Notes: generated from the sequence alone by a model not told the origin. A DNA stretch of 64,000 nucleotides from Clostridiaceae bacterium (GCA_012520615.1 JAAYNX010000054.1:245-64244), one strand, 5' to 3'; positions 26,316-35,815 are shown, counted from the stretch's first letter. Translations and numbers: made by a program.

Positions 26316-26912
26316 TCACGGCGCTAAACCTGTATATAAGGCCTGTACCTTTTCTCTAAGTTCTTCAATACTGCCATTGTTCTCAATTACAACATGGGCC
26401 AGCGCTTTATATTCTTCTTGAGTAAGTTGAGATTTTATGCGGTTTTCAGCATCATCACGAGAGATGCCGCCTCTGGCCATCACACGGTTTAATCTTATTT
26501 CATCATCGCTTACCACAACCCATACCCTGTCAACAGTATCAAGGAAGCCTTCCTTGACAGGTATAGGAACATCCATAACAACTATTCCGTTATATCCATA
26601 CTCCTGCATGGTTGCCAGCTTTTCTTTTATAACTGCTATAACTTCTCTGTGAATAATTTTTTCAAGAAGCAGTTTCTTTTCTTTTGAAGCAAAAACTTCT
26701 TTGGCTATCTTTTTTCTATCCAGAGTTTTGTCCCGCCGGATAAAATCTTCACCGAAGGCTTCTTTAATTTCTAACCATGCTGGTTTGCCAGGTTCTACAA
26801 CCTGTTTGGATATAAGGTCTGCATCTATAACTATAGCTCCCAATTCTTCCATAATAGCTGAAACAGAAGATTTTCCTGCTCCTATTCCGCCTGTTACACC
26901 AATAATCTTCAT
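26316..26912 (-). CDS. coaE: Dephospho-CoA kinase
   Basis: MKIIGVTGGIGAGKSS P-loop start, ~198 aa, downstream of polA as in many Firmicutes. Confidence 0.9.
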   Translation of the reverse strand: MKIIGVTGGIGAGKSSVSAIMEELGAIVIDADLISKQVVEPGKPAWLEIKEAFGEDFIRRDKTLDRKKIAKEVFASKEKKLLLEKIIHREVIAVIKEKLATMQEYGYNGIVVMDVPIPVKEGFLDTVDRVWVVVSDDEIRLNRVMARGGISRDDAENRIKSQLTQEEYKALAHVVIENNGSIEELREKVQALYTGLAP

Positions 26913-26933
26913 TTTATCTTCTCCGATTTATAT

Positions 26934-29618
26934 TTATTTTGCTTCAAACCAAGTTGAACCGGTAGATACATCCGCTACTAGAGGAGCTGCTAATACTGCC
27001 GCTGACTCCATATTGGTTTTTACAATTTCCTTTACTAATTCAAGCTCATCGATAGCTGTTTCTACAAGGAGCTCGTCATGCACTTGAAGTATAAGTCTGG
27101 ATTTAAGGTTTTTCTTCTTCAATTCGCGCCATACCTTGACCATAGCGATTTTTATTATATCAGCAGCACTTCCTTGTATAGGGGTATTCATTGCAACTCT
27201 TTTACCAAATTCTCTAACTTGATAATTTGGGGATTTCAGCTCAGGTATATGTCTTACCCTATGAAACATGGTTTCAACATAACCCTTTTCCTTACCGAAA
27301 ATCACTGTATTCTCCATGTAATCCCTTATTCTGGGATATGTCGAAAGATAATTGTCAATATATCTGGCTGCTTCTTTCCTGGTTACCCCTATATCCTTTG
27401 CCAGAGAAAAATCTCCAATCCCGTATATAATACCGAAATTGACCGCTTTGGCACTTCTTCGCATATCAGAAGTAACCTGATTTAAAGGTACATCAAAAAC
27501 TTGGGATGCGGTTAGTGTGTGAATGTCGATTCCATCCATAAAAGCGTTTTGAAGAACCTCATCTCCGGTAATATGGGCCAGAACTCTTAATTCAATCTGA
27601 GAGTAGTCAGCATCTACAAAAACATAGCCGTCTTCAGGTATAAATGCCTGGCGTATTTCTCTTCCCAACTCGGTGCGAATGGGAATGTTTTGTAGGTTTG
27701 GCTCGGTACTCGATATTCTTCCGGTAGCAGTAACTGTCTGATTAAAGCTTGAATGTATCCTTCCTGTTTCAGGGTTTATTTCCTTTACCAACCCATCTGC
27801 ATAGGTGGACTTTAACTTTGTTAATTGTCGATATTCGAGGATGCAAGGTATAATTTCATGGCTGTCTATTATATCATTTAAGGAATCTGCATCTGTAGAA
27901 TAGCCTGTTTTTGTTTTCTTCACAGCCTTTAAGCCCATCTTTTCAAAAAGAATTACCCCAAGCTGTTTTGGCGAATTAATATTAAACTCTTCACAAGCCA
28001 GCATATAAATAGTCTGCTCCAGTGTTTTAATACGATATTCCAAGCGTTCTCCGTATTCTTCAAGATATTTTCTGTCTACTCTAAACCCGAGATACTCCAT
28101 ATCTCCTAAAACTATTGACAGGGGCAGTTCAACATCATAGAAAAGACTGTTTTGCTTACTTTCATCAATAATTACTTTTTGTTTTTCGTAGATTATCTTG
28201 AATGTTGAAATAGCTTTCCCTAATAGTTCTATCGAATTGTCATCCTCTTTAACCAATTCAATTTGCTTCCCTTTATTTTTGTTTTTACTTGGCAGTTCAA
28301 TCTCAATGCCAAGATATTTTCTCGCTAGATTCGGTATTGAGTAATTTGTAGCAAGGGCATCAATTAAGTATTCTGCTACCATCATATCAAAAAGTTTACA
28401 TTCAATTTCAGTGTTATGGCATAAAGCCCATGTATAAAGCTCTTTTATATTGTGGCTGATTAAGACCAGATCCCTATTCTTGAAAACAGGTTCTAAAGCC
28501 TTACATAATAAGTCTTCTTCAATTTTTTGGGTGGTTGCAAAATAATATTTATCCTGAGTTCCAATACCCAGAATTTCTAAGGTGCCTCCTACTTTACCGG
28601 TCTTTGTAATAACGGGGAGTAACGCCATGTAGCTTTTATCAGATAGCTCTTTTAATGCCTTGTCTAACTCTGCAATATCGTTTAGCTCCTCTAAACAAAC
28701 TGATTCAAGGGCAAGATTCTCCTCTTGCAACTCATCTTCTGCAAGCCCCATTTTCTTTATAAAGGAGTTAAACTCCAAATCCTTAAATATTTCAAGGAGC
28801 TCTTTTTTGTTAATTTCCTTTCTCTTAAAAACGGAAATATCTGATAAATCTTCTTTTTCTCTTACAATGGTTCCCAGTTCTCGGCTTAGATAGGCTAATT
28901 CCTTGCAATTCTCCAAATTCTCTTTGAGCTTTGCTTTTGTTATTGAAGAGATACTTTCATAAATTTTATCAATGGAGCCATACTCTTTAATAAGCTCTAT
29001 TGCCGTCTTTTCTCCCACTCCCTTTACTCCGGGAATATTGTCGGAGGAGTCTCCCATAAGAGCCTTTACTTCAATTAACTCCGCCGGCGTAACACCGTAT
29101 TTATCAGCTATTTCCGCCGGGGTATATCTATTTGTTGTAGTCTGCCCTTTCGATGTACTGGGGATTATTACCGTCACTTTATCACTTGCCAGTTGAAGCG
29201 CATCTCTATCTCCGGTTAGTATTGATACTTCTAGCCCCTCATTTTCTGCAGTTTTTGAGTATATTCCGATTAAGTCGTCAGCCTCCAAGCCCTCATATTC
29301 CGTAATGGCAATATTCATGGCCTCCAAAACATTTTTGACAATGGGCAATTGAGCTGCAAGCTCATCGGGCATCCCTTTTCGGTTGGCCTTGTATCCTTCA
29401 TACATATTGTGACGAAAGGTTTTACCTTTAAGATCAAAAGCAACTGCAAGATGATCAGGATTCTCTTCTTCAAGGTATTTATTTAGAATATTTAAAAAGC
29501 CAAACACAGCATTGGTAGGTGTTCCATCTGCTTTTGTAAGCATTCTGGGCCCCTTTATGGCATAAAATGCTCTGTTTAGAATACTATTTCCGTCAACAAT
29601 CAATAATTTATCACTCAT
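26934..29618 (-). CDS. polA: DNA polymerase I
   Basis: 894 aa with an N-terminal 5'-3' exonuclease domain and polymerase motifs DYSQIELRVLAH and QVHDELLVE. Confidence 0.95.
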   Translation of the reverse strand: MSDKLLIVDGNSILNRAFYAIKGPRMLTKADGTPTNAVFGFLNILNKYLEEENPDHLAVAFDLKGKTFRHNMYEGYKANRKGMPDELAAQLPIVKNVLEAMNIAITEYEGLEADDLIGIYSKTAENEGLEVSILTGDRDALQLASDKVTVIIPSTSKGQTTTNRYTPAEIADKYGVTPAELIEVKALMGDSSDNIPGVKGVGEKTAIELIKEYGSIDKIYESISSITKAKLKENLENCKELAYLSRELGTIVREKEDLSDISVFKRKEINKKELLEIFKDLEFNSFIKKMGLAEDELQEENLALESVCLEELNDIAELDKALKELSDKSYMALLPVITKTGKVGGTLEILGIGTQDKYYFATTQKIEEDLLCKALEPVFKNRDLVLISHNIKELYTWALCHNTEIECKLFDMMVAEYLIDALATNYSIPNLARKYLGIEIELPSKNKNKGKQIELVKEDDNSIELLGKAISTFKIIYEKQKVIIDESKQNSLFYDVELPLSIVLGDMEYLGFRVDRKYLEEYGERLEYRIKTLEQTIYMLACEEFNINSPKQLGVILFEKMGLKAVKKTKTGYSTDADSLNDIIDSHEIIPCILEYRQLTKLKSTYADGLVKEINPETGRIHSSFNQTVTATGRISSTEPNLQNIPIRTELGREIRQAFIPEDGYVFVDADYSQIELRVLAHITGDEVLQNAFMDGIDIHTLTASQVFDVPLNQVTSDMRRSAKAVNFGIIYGIGDFSLAKDIGVTRKEAARYIDNYLSTYPRIRDYMENTVIFGKEKGYVETMFHRVRHIPELKSPNYQVREFGKRVAMNTPIQGSAADIIKIAMVKVWRELKKKNLKSRLILQVHDELLVETAIDELELVKEIVKTNMESAAVLAAPLVADVSTGSTWFEAK

Positions 29619-29756
29619 TATTATATATTCCTCCCAAGGGTACGATTAACTTGTACGCAATTCTCTTCTTATTGTATAATAATGAAGTGTTTTAATCCAA
29701 TAATGATTGAAAAACGGATATAATAAATATTGTATTTTATATCTTGGAGTTTATAT

Positions 29757-31154
29757 ATGAGAAAATTTTTTGAAAAATTTCGTTTAGGCCTCGCCATTAT
29801 TGTAACTAAGCTTACTGTATTTGGGCTGAGATTATTGGGAAGAGGAGGCACAAGCCTGCCTGGAAAAATCGCCCTTAAAATCTGTCCGGATATTTTTTTC
29901 AAGCTGTCTGATAAATTCAGAATTATTATGGTAACCGGTACAAACGGTAAAACAACTACGTCCCGAATTATTGCCGGAATGCTGGACAAAGCTGGATTAA
30001 AGTATATTACCAATAAATCTGGTGCTAATCTTGCCAGTGGTATTGCCACAACTTTAATAAGCGCGCTTTCGCTTACGGGAAGACCTCTTGTAAGAACAGC
30101 TCTTTTAGAAACAGATGAGGCGGCTTTCAGAACCATTGCACCGAAGTTAAAGCCCGAGATTGTTATTGTTACTAATTTCTTCAGAGATCAATTAGATCGT
30201 TTTGGTGAGTTGTATGCAACATTAAATAGTGTAAGAGAAGGAATCCAAGGGTCCCCAGAATCAAAACTGATACTGAATGCCGATGATTCTCTTTGTGCTT
30301 CCCTTGGCCAGAACGCTCCAAACCCTGTTATTTACTTTGGTTTGGGTGATGAGGTATACCCCGAGGAATTTTTAATAGCAAATGCAGATGCTGCTTACTG
30401 TATCAACTGCAAATCCCGTTATGAGTATTTATCTAGTTCTTTCGGCCATCTGGGGCACTTTAAGTGTCCAAATTGCGGTTATGAGAGGCCTGTTGCACAA
30501 GTTGAATGTACTCAGGTGCTGGATTACGATAATATAAGCTCTACAATTGAAATTAAACTGCCTGGCGAAAAATTTGCCGCAAAGCTTGCCCTTCCCGGAC
30601 TTTACAATATTTATAACGCTCTTGCCGGTACGGCAGTAGGACATATGCTTGATCTTAAGGAGCCTGACCTTGTTTATGTTCTGGAAGGCTTTGAATGCGG
30701 TTTTGGAAGAATGGAAACTCTTCCGGTCAATGGCCGGGATCTTAAGTTGATCTTAGTAAAAAACCCCACTGGCTTCAATCAAGTATTAAAATATCTTCTC
30801 ACCCAGAAAGAGAATTGTGTAGTGGGTTTTGCAATAAACGACAAACTAGCCGACGGCACTGACATATCGTGGCTATGGGATGTGGATTTTGAAATTCTAT
30901 CGTTTATGCAAAATAAGGTTAGAGGATTTTTTGTTTCAGGAACTAGGGCTGAAGACATGGCGGTAAGGTTAAAATACTCTGGGATACCCTCTGATAGTAT
31001 TTTTATTAAACATCCTGATACTGAGCTAATTGATTCTATGATTGAGGCCTCAAAAGAAAATGAAACCATGTATCTTCTCCCCACCTATACAGCAATGTTA
31101 GATATCAGGAAAAATCTTAAAAAGAGATTTAATCTAAAAGAGTTTTGGGAGTAA
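29757..31154 (+). CDS. murT: Lipid II isoglutaminyl synthase subunit MurT (Mur ligase family)
   Basis: VTGTNGKTTTSRI P-loop, a Cys4 ribbon (CINCKS...CPNCGYERP), and pairing with gatD downstream. Start at ATG 29757 (MRKFFEKF). Confidence 0.85.
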   Translation: MRKFFEKFRLGLAIIVTKLTVFGLRLLGRGGTSLPGKIALKICPDIFFKLSDKFRIIMVTGTNGKTTTSRIIAGMLDKAGLKYITNKSGANLASGIATTLISALSLTGRPLVRTALLETDEAAFRTIAPKLKPEIVIVTNFFRDQLDRFGELYATLNSVREGIQGSPESKLILNADDSLCASLGQNAPNPVIYFGLGDEVYPEEFLIANADAAYCINCKSRYEYLSSSFGHLGHFKCPNCGYERPVAQVECTQVLDYDNISSTIEIKLPGEKFAAKLALPGLYNIYNALAGTAVGHMLDLKEPDLVYVLEGFECGFGRMETLPVNGRDLKLILVKNPTGFNQVLKYLLTQKENCVVGFAINDKLADGTDISWLWDVDFEILSFMQNKVRGFFVSGTRAEDMAVRLKYSGIPSDSIFIKHPDTELIDSMIEASKENETMYLLPTYTAMLDIRKNLKKRFNLKEFWE

Positions 31155-31159
31155 AAAAT

Positions 31160-31906
31160 ATGTATGAACTAAACATATGTCATTTATATCCGGATTTATT
31201 AAACCTTTATGGTGACAGAGGAAATATAATTGCCTTGTCGCGTCGTTGTGAATGGCGTGACATAGAAGTAAAAGTTGAGAATATTTCTATTGGTGATACT
31301 TTTAAATATGAGAATTACGATATTGTATTTATCGGCGGCGGCCAGGACTATGAGCAAACCATTATTCAGGATGATTTGATGAATGGTAAACGTCAGGAAA
31401 TAGTTGAAGCCGTTGAATCAGGCAAAGTGTTTCTAGGCATATGCGGCGGTTTCCAGTTGCTTGGTAAATACTATAAAACCAATGACGGGAAAGAAATTGA
31501 GTGTTTGGGTGCAATAAATATTTGGACTCATGGCGGAGACACTCGCTTGATTGGAGATATCGTTTTTGAGATTGATTTCCTTAAAAATAACGGTGAAAAT
31601 TACCGGGTAGTCGGTTTTGAGAACCATGCAGGCAAAACCTACCTGGGTGAAGGTGTAAAACCTTTGGGCAAAGTAATCAAAGGCTCTGGTAATAACGGAG
31701 AGGACGGCTTTGAGGGCGCTGTTTATAAAAATACATTCTGCACTTATTCCCACGGAAGTCTTCTGCCAAAGAACCCAGTATTAGCCGACCATTTAATAAT
31801 GTTGGCACTATTAAATAAATATCCGGATTTTCAAGGGCTCTCTCCCTTAAATGACGATTTGGAGAATCTCGCCCACGAATCGCTTATAAAGAGATTCATA
31901 GAATAA
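31160..31906 (+). CDS. gatD: Lipid II isoglutaminyl synthase glutaminase subunit GatD (CobB/CobQ-like amidotransferase)
   Basis: MYELNICHLYPDLLNLYGDRGN start with a GICGGFQLLG nucleophile elbow, directly after murT. Confidence 0.85.
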   Translation: MYELNICHLYPDLLNLYGDRGNIIALSRRCEWRDIEVKVENISIGDTFKYENYDIVFIGGGQDYEQTIIQDDLMNGKRQEIVEAVESGKVFLGICGGFQLLGKYYKTNDGKEIECLGAINIWTHGGDTRLIGDIVFEIDFLKNNGENYRVVGFENHAGKTYLGEGVKPLGKVIKGSGNNGEDGFEGAVYKNTFCTYSHGSLLPKNPVLADHLIMLALLNKYPDFQGLSPLNDDLENLAHESLIKRFIE

Positions 31907-31928
31907 GAATAATGCGACGTAGGTTGGT

Positions 31929-32029
31929 GCCTGTAGAGTGAGTCAAATGCGCCGCTCCGTGAATCCATCCGGGATTCAAGTCGCGTAGCTACGCAATCCA
32001 TGCTTCGCTTACGCCATTTGACATCACTC
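31929..32029 (+). repeat. X-module repeat copy (left arm of composite element)
   Basis: GCCTGTAGAGTGAGTCAAATGCGCCGCTCCGTGAATCCATCCGGGATTCAAGTCGCGTAGCTACGCAATCCATGCTTCGCTTACGCCATTTGACATCACTC. The outer stem is GAGTGAGTCAAATG/CATTTGACATCACTC. It is homologous to 12629..12721 and, inverted, to 32177..32270. Confidence 0.75.
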
Positions 32030-32061
32030 ACGGCACCTTTGCCGTTTAACTGTATAAACGG

Positions 32062-32112
32062 ATGCAAGGCTTGTCCAAGTAGACGAAGTCTGATTGGCAG
32101 TAAGCTACTGCT
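32062..32112 (+). repeat. Y-module repeat copy
   Basis: ATGCAAGGCTTGTCCAAGTAGACGAAGTCTGATTGGCAGTAAGCTACTGCT is identical at 46 of 51 positions to the reverse complement of 6815..6865. Confidence 0.75.
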
Positions 32113-32176
32113 GAAGTTCGCTACAAGTTGTATATTTGCAAAAAGCGCGAAGTTAAACATGGATAAGAACCGCTGG

Positions 32177-32270
32177 CGATGTCATGTGTGGAGCGGAGCA
32201 GGACTGCGTAGCGCCGCGAATAATTTCCGGATGAAATTCCTGAGCGGCACACATGACATCGACTAAAGGT
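32177..32270 (-). repeat. X-module repeat copy, inverted (right arm of composite element)
   Basis: The reverse complement ACCTTTAGTCGATGTCATGTGTGCCGCTCAGGAATTTCATCCGGAAATTATTCGCGGCGCTACGCAGTCCTGCTCCGCTCCACACATGACATCG aligns module-for-module with 31929..32029. It has a perfect 14-bp outer stem CGATGTCATGTGTG/CACACATGACATCG. Confidence 0.7.
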
Positions 32271-32313
32271 TCTATATTGTGTATTCATACCGTGCACAAT
32301 TTCGTTCGCATTA

Positions 32314-33189
32314 TTATTTTAATATTTCTATTGTTTGCTTGCAGGAGAAAATCTTGCCTTTTTCCAGCCTTTGAATACCGGGTTTTTTGCTGAACTCGCC
32401 ATCGGTATTATGCATGTCAGGCAGGCCAAACCAAGGCTCTATACAAACATATTTAACTTTGCCCGGCATAGACCAGAATACTGTATAGGGAAAGTCTTCA
32501 ATTCCCACACGAATTTCTTTTCCCGAATCTTTTTCAACTATGGATACATGCTTGGACTTTAAGCCTTCCAAAGCAAAGCTACCATTTACAAACAGCTTAT
32601 CATGTATTGGAATATGACTTTGCTTTTCAAAATAAACCCTTTTTTCTCCACTTAATAAACCATCATTACATATATTCTCGACAGGTGTTTCGTCTTGTTC
32701 AAATACAATACTATAATCCTCAGGCTTATGATTATCATCAAAAGGCAGCTTGTAACCGGTATGATAGCCTATACTAAAAAACATATCATCATCGCTTACA
32801 TTCTCCACCTCAAAAATTTGGGTTAATCTTTCATTCTCAAGCCTGTAAATTGTATACAGACGAAAATGATATGGATACCTTTCCCTGGTTTCTTTATTAT
32901 CGGAGAACAGAAAGGTTATAGATGTGTTATTTCTTTCTATTACACTGTGCTCATAATCCCGGGCAAAACCATGTTGGTTGGATTTATAACTCTTGTTGTT
33001 GTGGGTGTATTGGTTTTCTTTTAGTTTGCCGCAATGAGGAAATAGTGTAGGAGCTCGTCTCGCCCATAGATTTTTATCCCCTTGCCATAAATGTTCTGTT
33101 TGGTCTCTCTTATCCAGAATCGAATACAGTTCTGCACCTAAGCTGTTTATTTCAATCTTTAAAATATCGTTTTGAATTGTGTAAATCAT
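32314..33189 (-). CDS. Aldose 1-epimerase (galactose mutarotase-like) family protein
   Basis: 291 aa. N-terminus IEINSLGAELYSILDKRDQTEHLWQGDKNLWARRAPTLFPHCGK is typical of the LacX/YeaD-type mutarotase-like fold. Confidence 0.75.
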   Translation of the reverse strand: MIYTIQNDILKIEINSLGAELYSILDKRDQTEHLWQGDKNLWARRAPTLFPHCGKLKENQYTHNNKSYKSNQHGFARDYEHSVIERNNTSITFLFSDNKETRERYPYHFRLYTIYRLENERLTQIFEVENVSDDDMFFSIGYHTGYKLPFDDNHKPEDYSIVFEQDETPVENICNDGLLSGEKRVYFEKQSHIPIHDKLFVNGSFALEGLKSKHVSIVEKDSGKEIRVGIEDFPYTVFWSMPGKVKYVCIEPWFGLPDMHNTDGEFSKKPGIQRLEKGKIFSCKQTIEILK

Positions 33190-33348
33190 AATTCTTTCCT
33201 TTCCACATTCATATAGTTGTAATGCTCGCTTAGATTAGATTTAACCCAACCACAAGAGGTTTATGTTTGATATATAATTGCAGTGAGATTAAATTGGCAA
33301 TGCTTATATATATGTATTATATATTAGTTAAAAAGTAGTGTAAACTGC

Positions 33349-33393
33349 AAGCCGGCCTATACACAGCAATCAAGCTGTTATATAGACCGGCTT
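33349..33393 (-). terminator. Hairpin downstream of the LarA-like gene (possible terminator)
   Basis: AAGCCGGTCTATATAACAGC-TTGATT-GCTGTGTATAGGCCGGCTT imperfect stem. The T-run is ~15 nt away, so the call is weak. Confidence 0.4.
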
Positions 33394-33415
33394 ACCCCCA
33401 ATATATCTCTATTAT

Positions 33416-34888
33416 TTACCTCGAATGGCAGTAATCAATTCCATAATTACCCTTTTCTTCATCCTTCAAACAAAGGTGTACGGCACTTAACTTAAATGTT
33501 TTTGGCAGTGCCAAAATATTAGGATTAGGACCAACATATTTTTTCATTGCGTCCTCGAGGGCTTCTTCAAAAGTTGCTCTTGTCTTCAATCCCATGGCAC
33601 GGGCATATCCAGGCTCTTGAGCCCCGACAATATAAATAGCTGAGGTATTCATTTCTGCTATATGACCGCAACTTATCATCGAGAATGAATGGAATGGATG
33701 GAACCCATTTCCAAATCGGTAGTTTCTGATGTATTCCTCATTTGTGGCAAACATTTCGCCGTACCTATCCATGTCGGCAAGGGTATTCATATAATCCTTC
33801 TGGAACATATCAAATACCTCACGGTATCCTGTGAACTTCTCGTCATGGAAATAGCCGTTACAGATAGATGAGCATATGATTACGCATTTATCACTCATAA
33901 CCCTTTTATGACGTATTACCTGAGCAGATAAAGCCTGCATCATCATAATAGGATTTGTCCCCATTCCATCTGCGTAATGAAAGAACTGAGGCATTCCAAA
34001 TACCATAACATCATATTTCTTTTCAGCCCAATGGACATAGGTGCGTTTGTCTGCAACCTCCCATGACAATGGCTGCATTTCTTTAGCGTATCCACTAAAT
34101 ATTGCGATCTGTCTCGATTTTGTGTCTAAAACAGCATCACAACAGAAGAATTTCTTACCCATTTTTTCTTCCATATGCATACCGATTTCATCAAACTTTG
34201 TTCGCATCAGTGAATTGGTGCTTACAGGGGTAAAATCTCCGCGGTGCATAACCTCAGGTACGTGGTGAGATGCTATTGATCTCCAATGGGTAATTCCGGT
34301 AGAACAGTGCTTATACCCTCCAGAGTAGCCTCCATAAGGGTTTCCCTGAGTGTGTCCGATTAAAATCGCCACGTCTGAATCATAAACATACTTGTTCATG
34401 AGCACCGGGTCGCCCCGCTTGGTTGTCCCCAAATCAACAAGGTTTTCATAATCCTCGCTATCATGATTGAGAATCTGTTTCGTGTACCAGAATTGGTTGA
34501 ATATTTCCTCACCTAAAATATTAAGTATTTCTTGCTTTGTATTCTTGCTGTGTAATCCGTTAGAACAAATTAATAGAATATCACTTTTATCCACACCAGC
34601 TTTATAAAGCTCGTCAAGAATTATTGGAATAGCAGTTTTACGGTGAGAAGTCGCCTGCTCCCCTCCCTTTACTCTGTCAGGGAAGATTATCGTCACTTTG
34701 GAACCTTTTTTTGCAAGTTGTGATAAGGGTTCCATTCCAATGGGATTTAATATTGATTCTTTGGTTGCTTTATATACATCCTCAAGATAAGGAGGATCCG
34801 GCACAGTTTCTCCCGGAATGAATACATCAGTGTATTCCGGAAGGTTAGCATCCATGGTTCCATGACCGTATTCAAAAGACAATTTCAT
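33416..34888 (-). CDS. LarA-family (lactate racemase-like, nickel-pincer nucleotide cofactor) isomerase/epimerase homologue
   Basis: Colinear with L. plantarum LarA as I remember it: ILNPIGMEPLSQLAKKGSKVTIIFPD; LLICSNGLHSK (His); ILIGHTQGNPYGGYSGGYKH (His and the tethering Lys); IASHH (Ni-binding His). Start at MKLSFEYG (ATG 34888). Confidence 0.7.
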   Translation of the reverse strand: MKLSFEYGHGTMDANLPEYTDVFIPGETVPDPPYLEDVYKATKESILNPIGMEPLSQLAKKGSKVTIIFPDRVKGGEQATSHRKTAIPIILDELYKAGVDKSDILLICSNGLHSKNTKQEILNILGEEIFNQFWYTKQILNHDSEDYENLVDLGTTKRGDPVLMNKYVYDSDVAILIGHTQGNPYGGYSGGYKHCSTGITHWRSIASHHVPEVMHRGDFTPVSTNSLMRTKFDEIGMHMEEKMGKKFFCCDAVLDTKSRQIAIFSGYAKEMQPLSWEVADKRTYVHWAEKKYDVMVFGMPQFFHYADGMGTNPIMMMQALSAQVIRHKRVMSDKCVIICSSICNGYFHDEKFTGYREVFDMFQKDYMNTLADMDRYGEMFATNEEYIRNYRFGNGFHPFHSFSMISCGHIAEMNTSAIYIVGAQEPGYARAMGLKTRATFEEALEDAMKKYVGPNPNILALPKTFKLSAVHLCLKDEEKGNYGIDYCHSR

Positions 34889-34978
34889 TACAATTACCTC
34901 TCTTTCACACATTTTTTATTGTTATCACGACAGATTCCGGATTCTGCGAGATCTTGATTTTGTAATTAGATAAGGACT

Positions 34979-35815
34979 TTACCCTCGCATATATTTTTGT
35001 ATTATTTCTAAATATTCCTCAGGATAATACCCTATTTCACCGCTGAATCTGGTTAATGCTATAAGTCCGCCGTCAATTTCAGGAATAGATGCAAGCATTT
35101 GAGCATTATCCGATTTCAAACCGCCACCATAGACTACCGGCGCTCCATTTGTAACTTCTTTTACAAAACGCCCTACCATCTGTATATAGTCTCTGTCAGG
35201 CGGAGTTTTACCCGGTCCAATCGCCCATACGGGTTCATAGGCAATGGCAATACTAGCCATATCTACTCCATCAAGACCAATTTCCAGTTGTTTTCTTAAT
35301 GTGTTTTTCCAATCCTTTTGTTCCTCAGCTGTTTCACCTATACAGTAAAGAACCTTAAGCCCAGCTTTTACCGCACATTTGATTTCCATATTGAGCAACC
35401 GGTTGACAGCATCGGTATCGCTGACACCTGCTTCAGACATAATTCCCAGCTTGTCCCGACGCTCCTCGCAATGGCCAATTATTGTGCCACCGCAGCCGAT
35501 AGCTTTTGCGGAATTAGCAGTTCTGTTTGTAGTAAATGCGCCAAAATTACCACCTATTGCAGTATCATCGCGAAATACTCCCTGACAGCCAATTTTTACA
35601 GGGCTGTCTTCACTCAATGCATTTACCGCATCTATTAGATGAGCCTCCGGGAAGAACATAACAAATTCAACTTCATTTTTATCATACACTTTTAGCTGAT
35701 CCTGTGTATTTTTAACAATGTAGCTTCCCCATTCGTTTACAGGTGCTATACTGTTAACTCCTCCCTTTTCTCTTGGAACATCAAAGCGTTTTAGATTAAG
35801 AAAAATAAATTTCAA
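34979..35815 (-). CDS. Triose-phosphate isomerase family paralogue (278 aa)
   Basis: Catalytic signature intact: LNLKRF (Asn/Lys), IGHCEERRD (His), AYEPVWAIGPGKT (Glu). TTG start with AAGGAGG upstream. Longer than canonical TpiA and located in a catabolic operon. Confidence 0.75.
   Translation of the reverse strand: MKFIFLNLKRFDVPREKGGVNSIAPVNEWGSYIVKNTQDQLKVYDKNEVEFVMFFPEAHLIDAVNALSEDSPVKIGCQGVFRDDTAIGGNFGAFTTNRTANSAKAIGCGGTIIGHCEERRDKLGIMSEAGVSDTDAVNRLLNMEIKCAVKAGLKVLYCIGETAEEQKDWKNTLRKQLEIGLDGVDMASIAIAYEPVWAIGPGKTPPDRDYIQMVGRFVKEVTNGAPVVYGGGLKSDNAQMLASIPEIDGGLIALTRFSGEIGYYPEEYLEIIQKYMRG

Noticed and set aside
29669-30136. 155-aa minus-strand ORF
   Set aside because: It is antisense to the murT 5' region (P-loop VTGTNGKTTT is in the plus frame). 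It is a shadow ORF.
31831-32266. ORFs 31831-32160 (-) and 32000-32266 (+) in the gatD/mutarotase gap
   Set aside because: They run through the X/Y hairpin repeat modules, have no RBS, and give translations without protein-like features. Homologous DNA elsewhere (12629-12721, 6815-6865) is not in a conserved reading frame.
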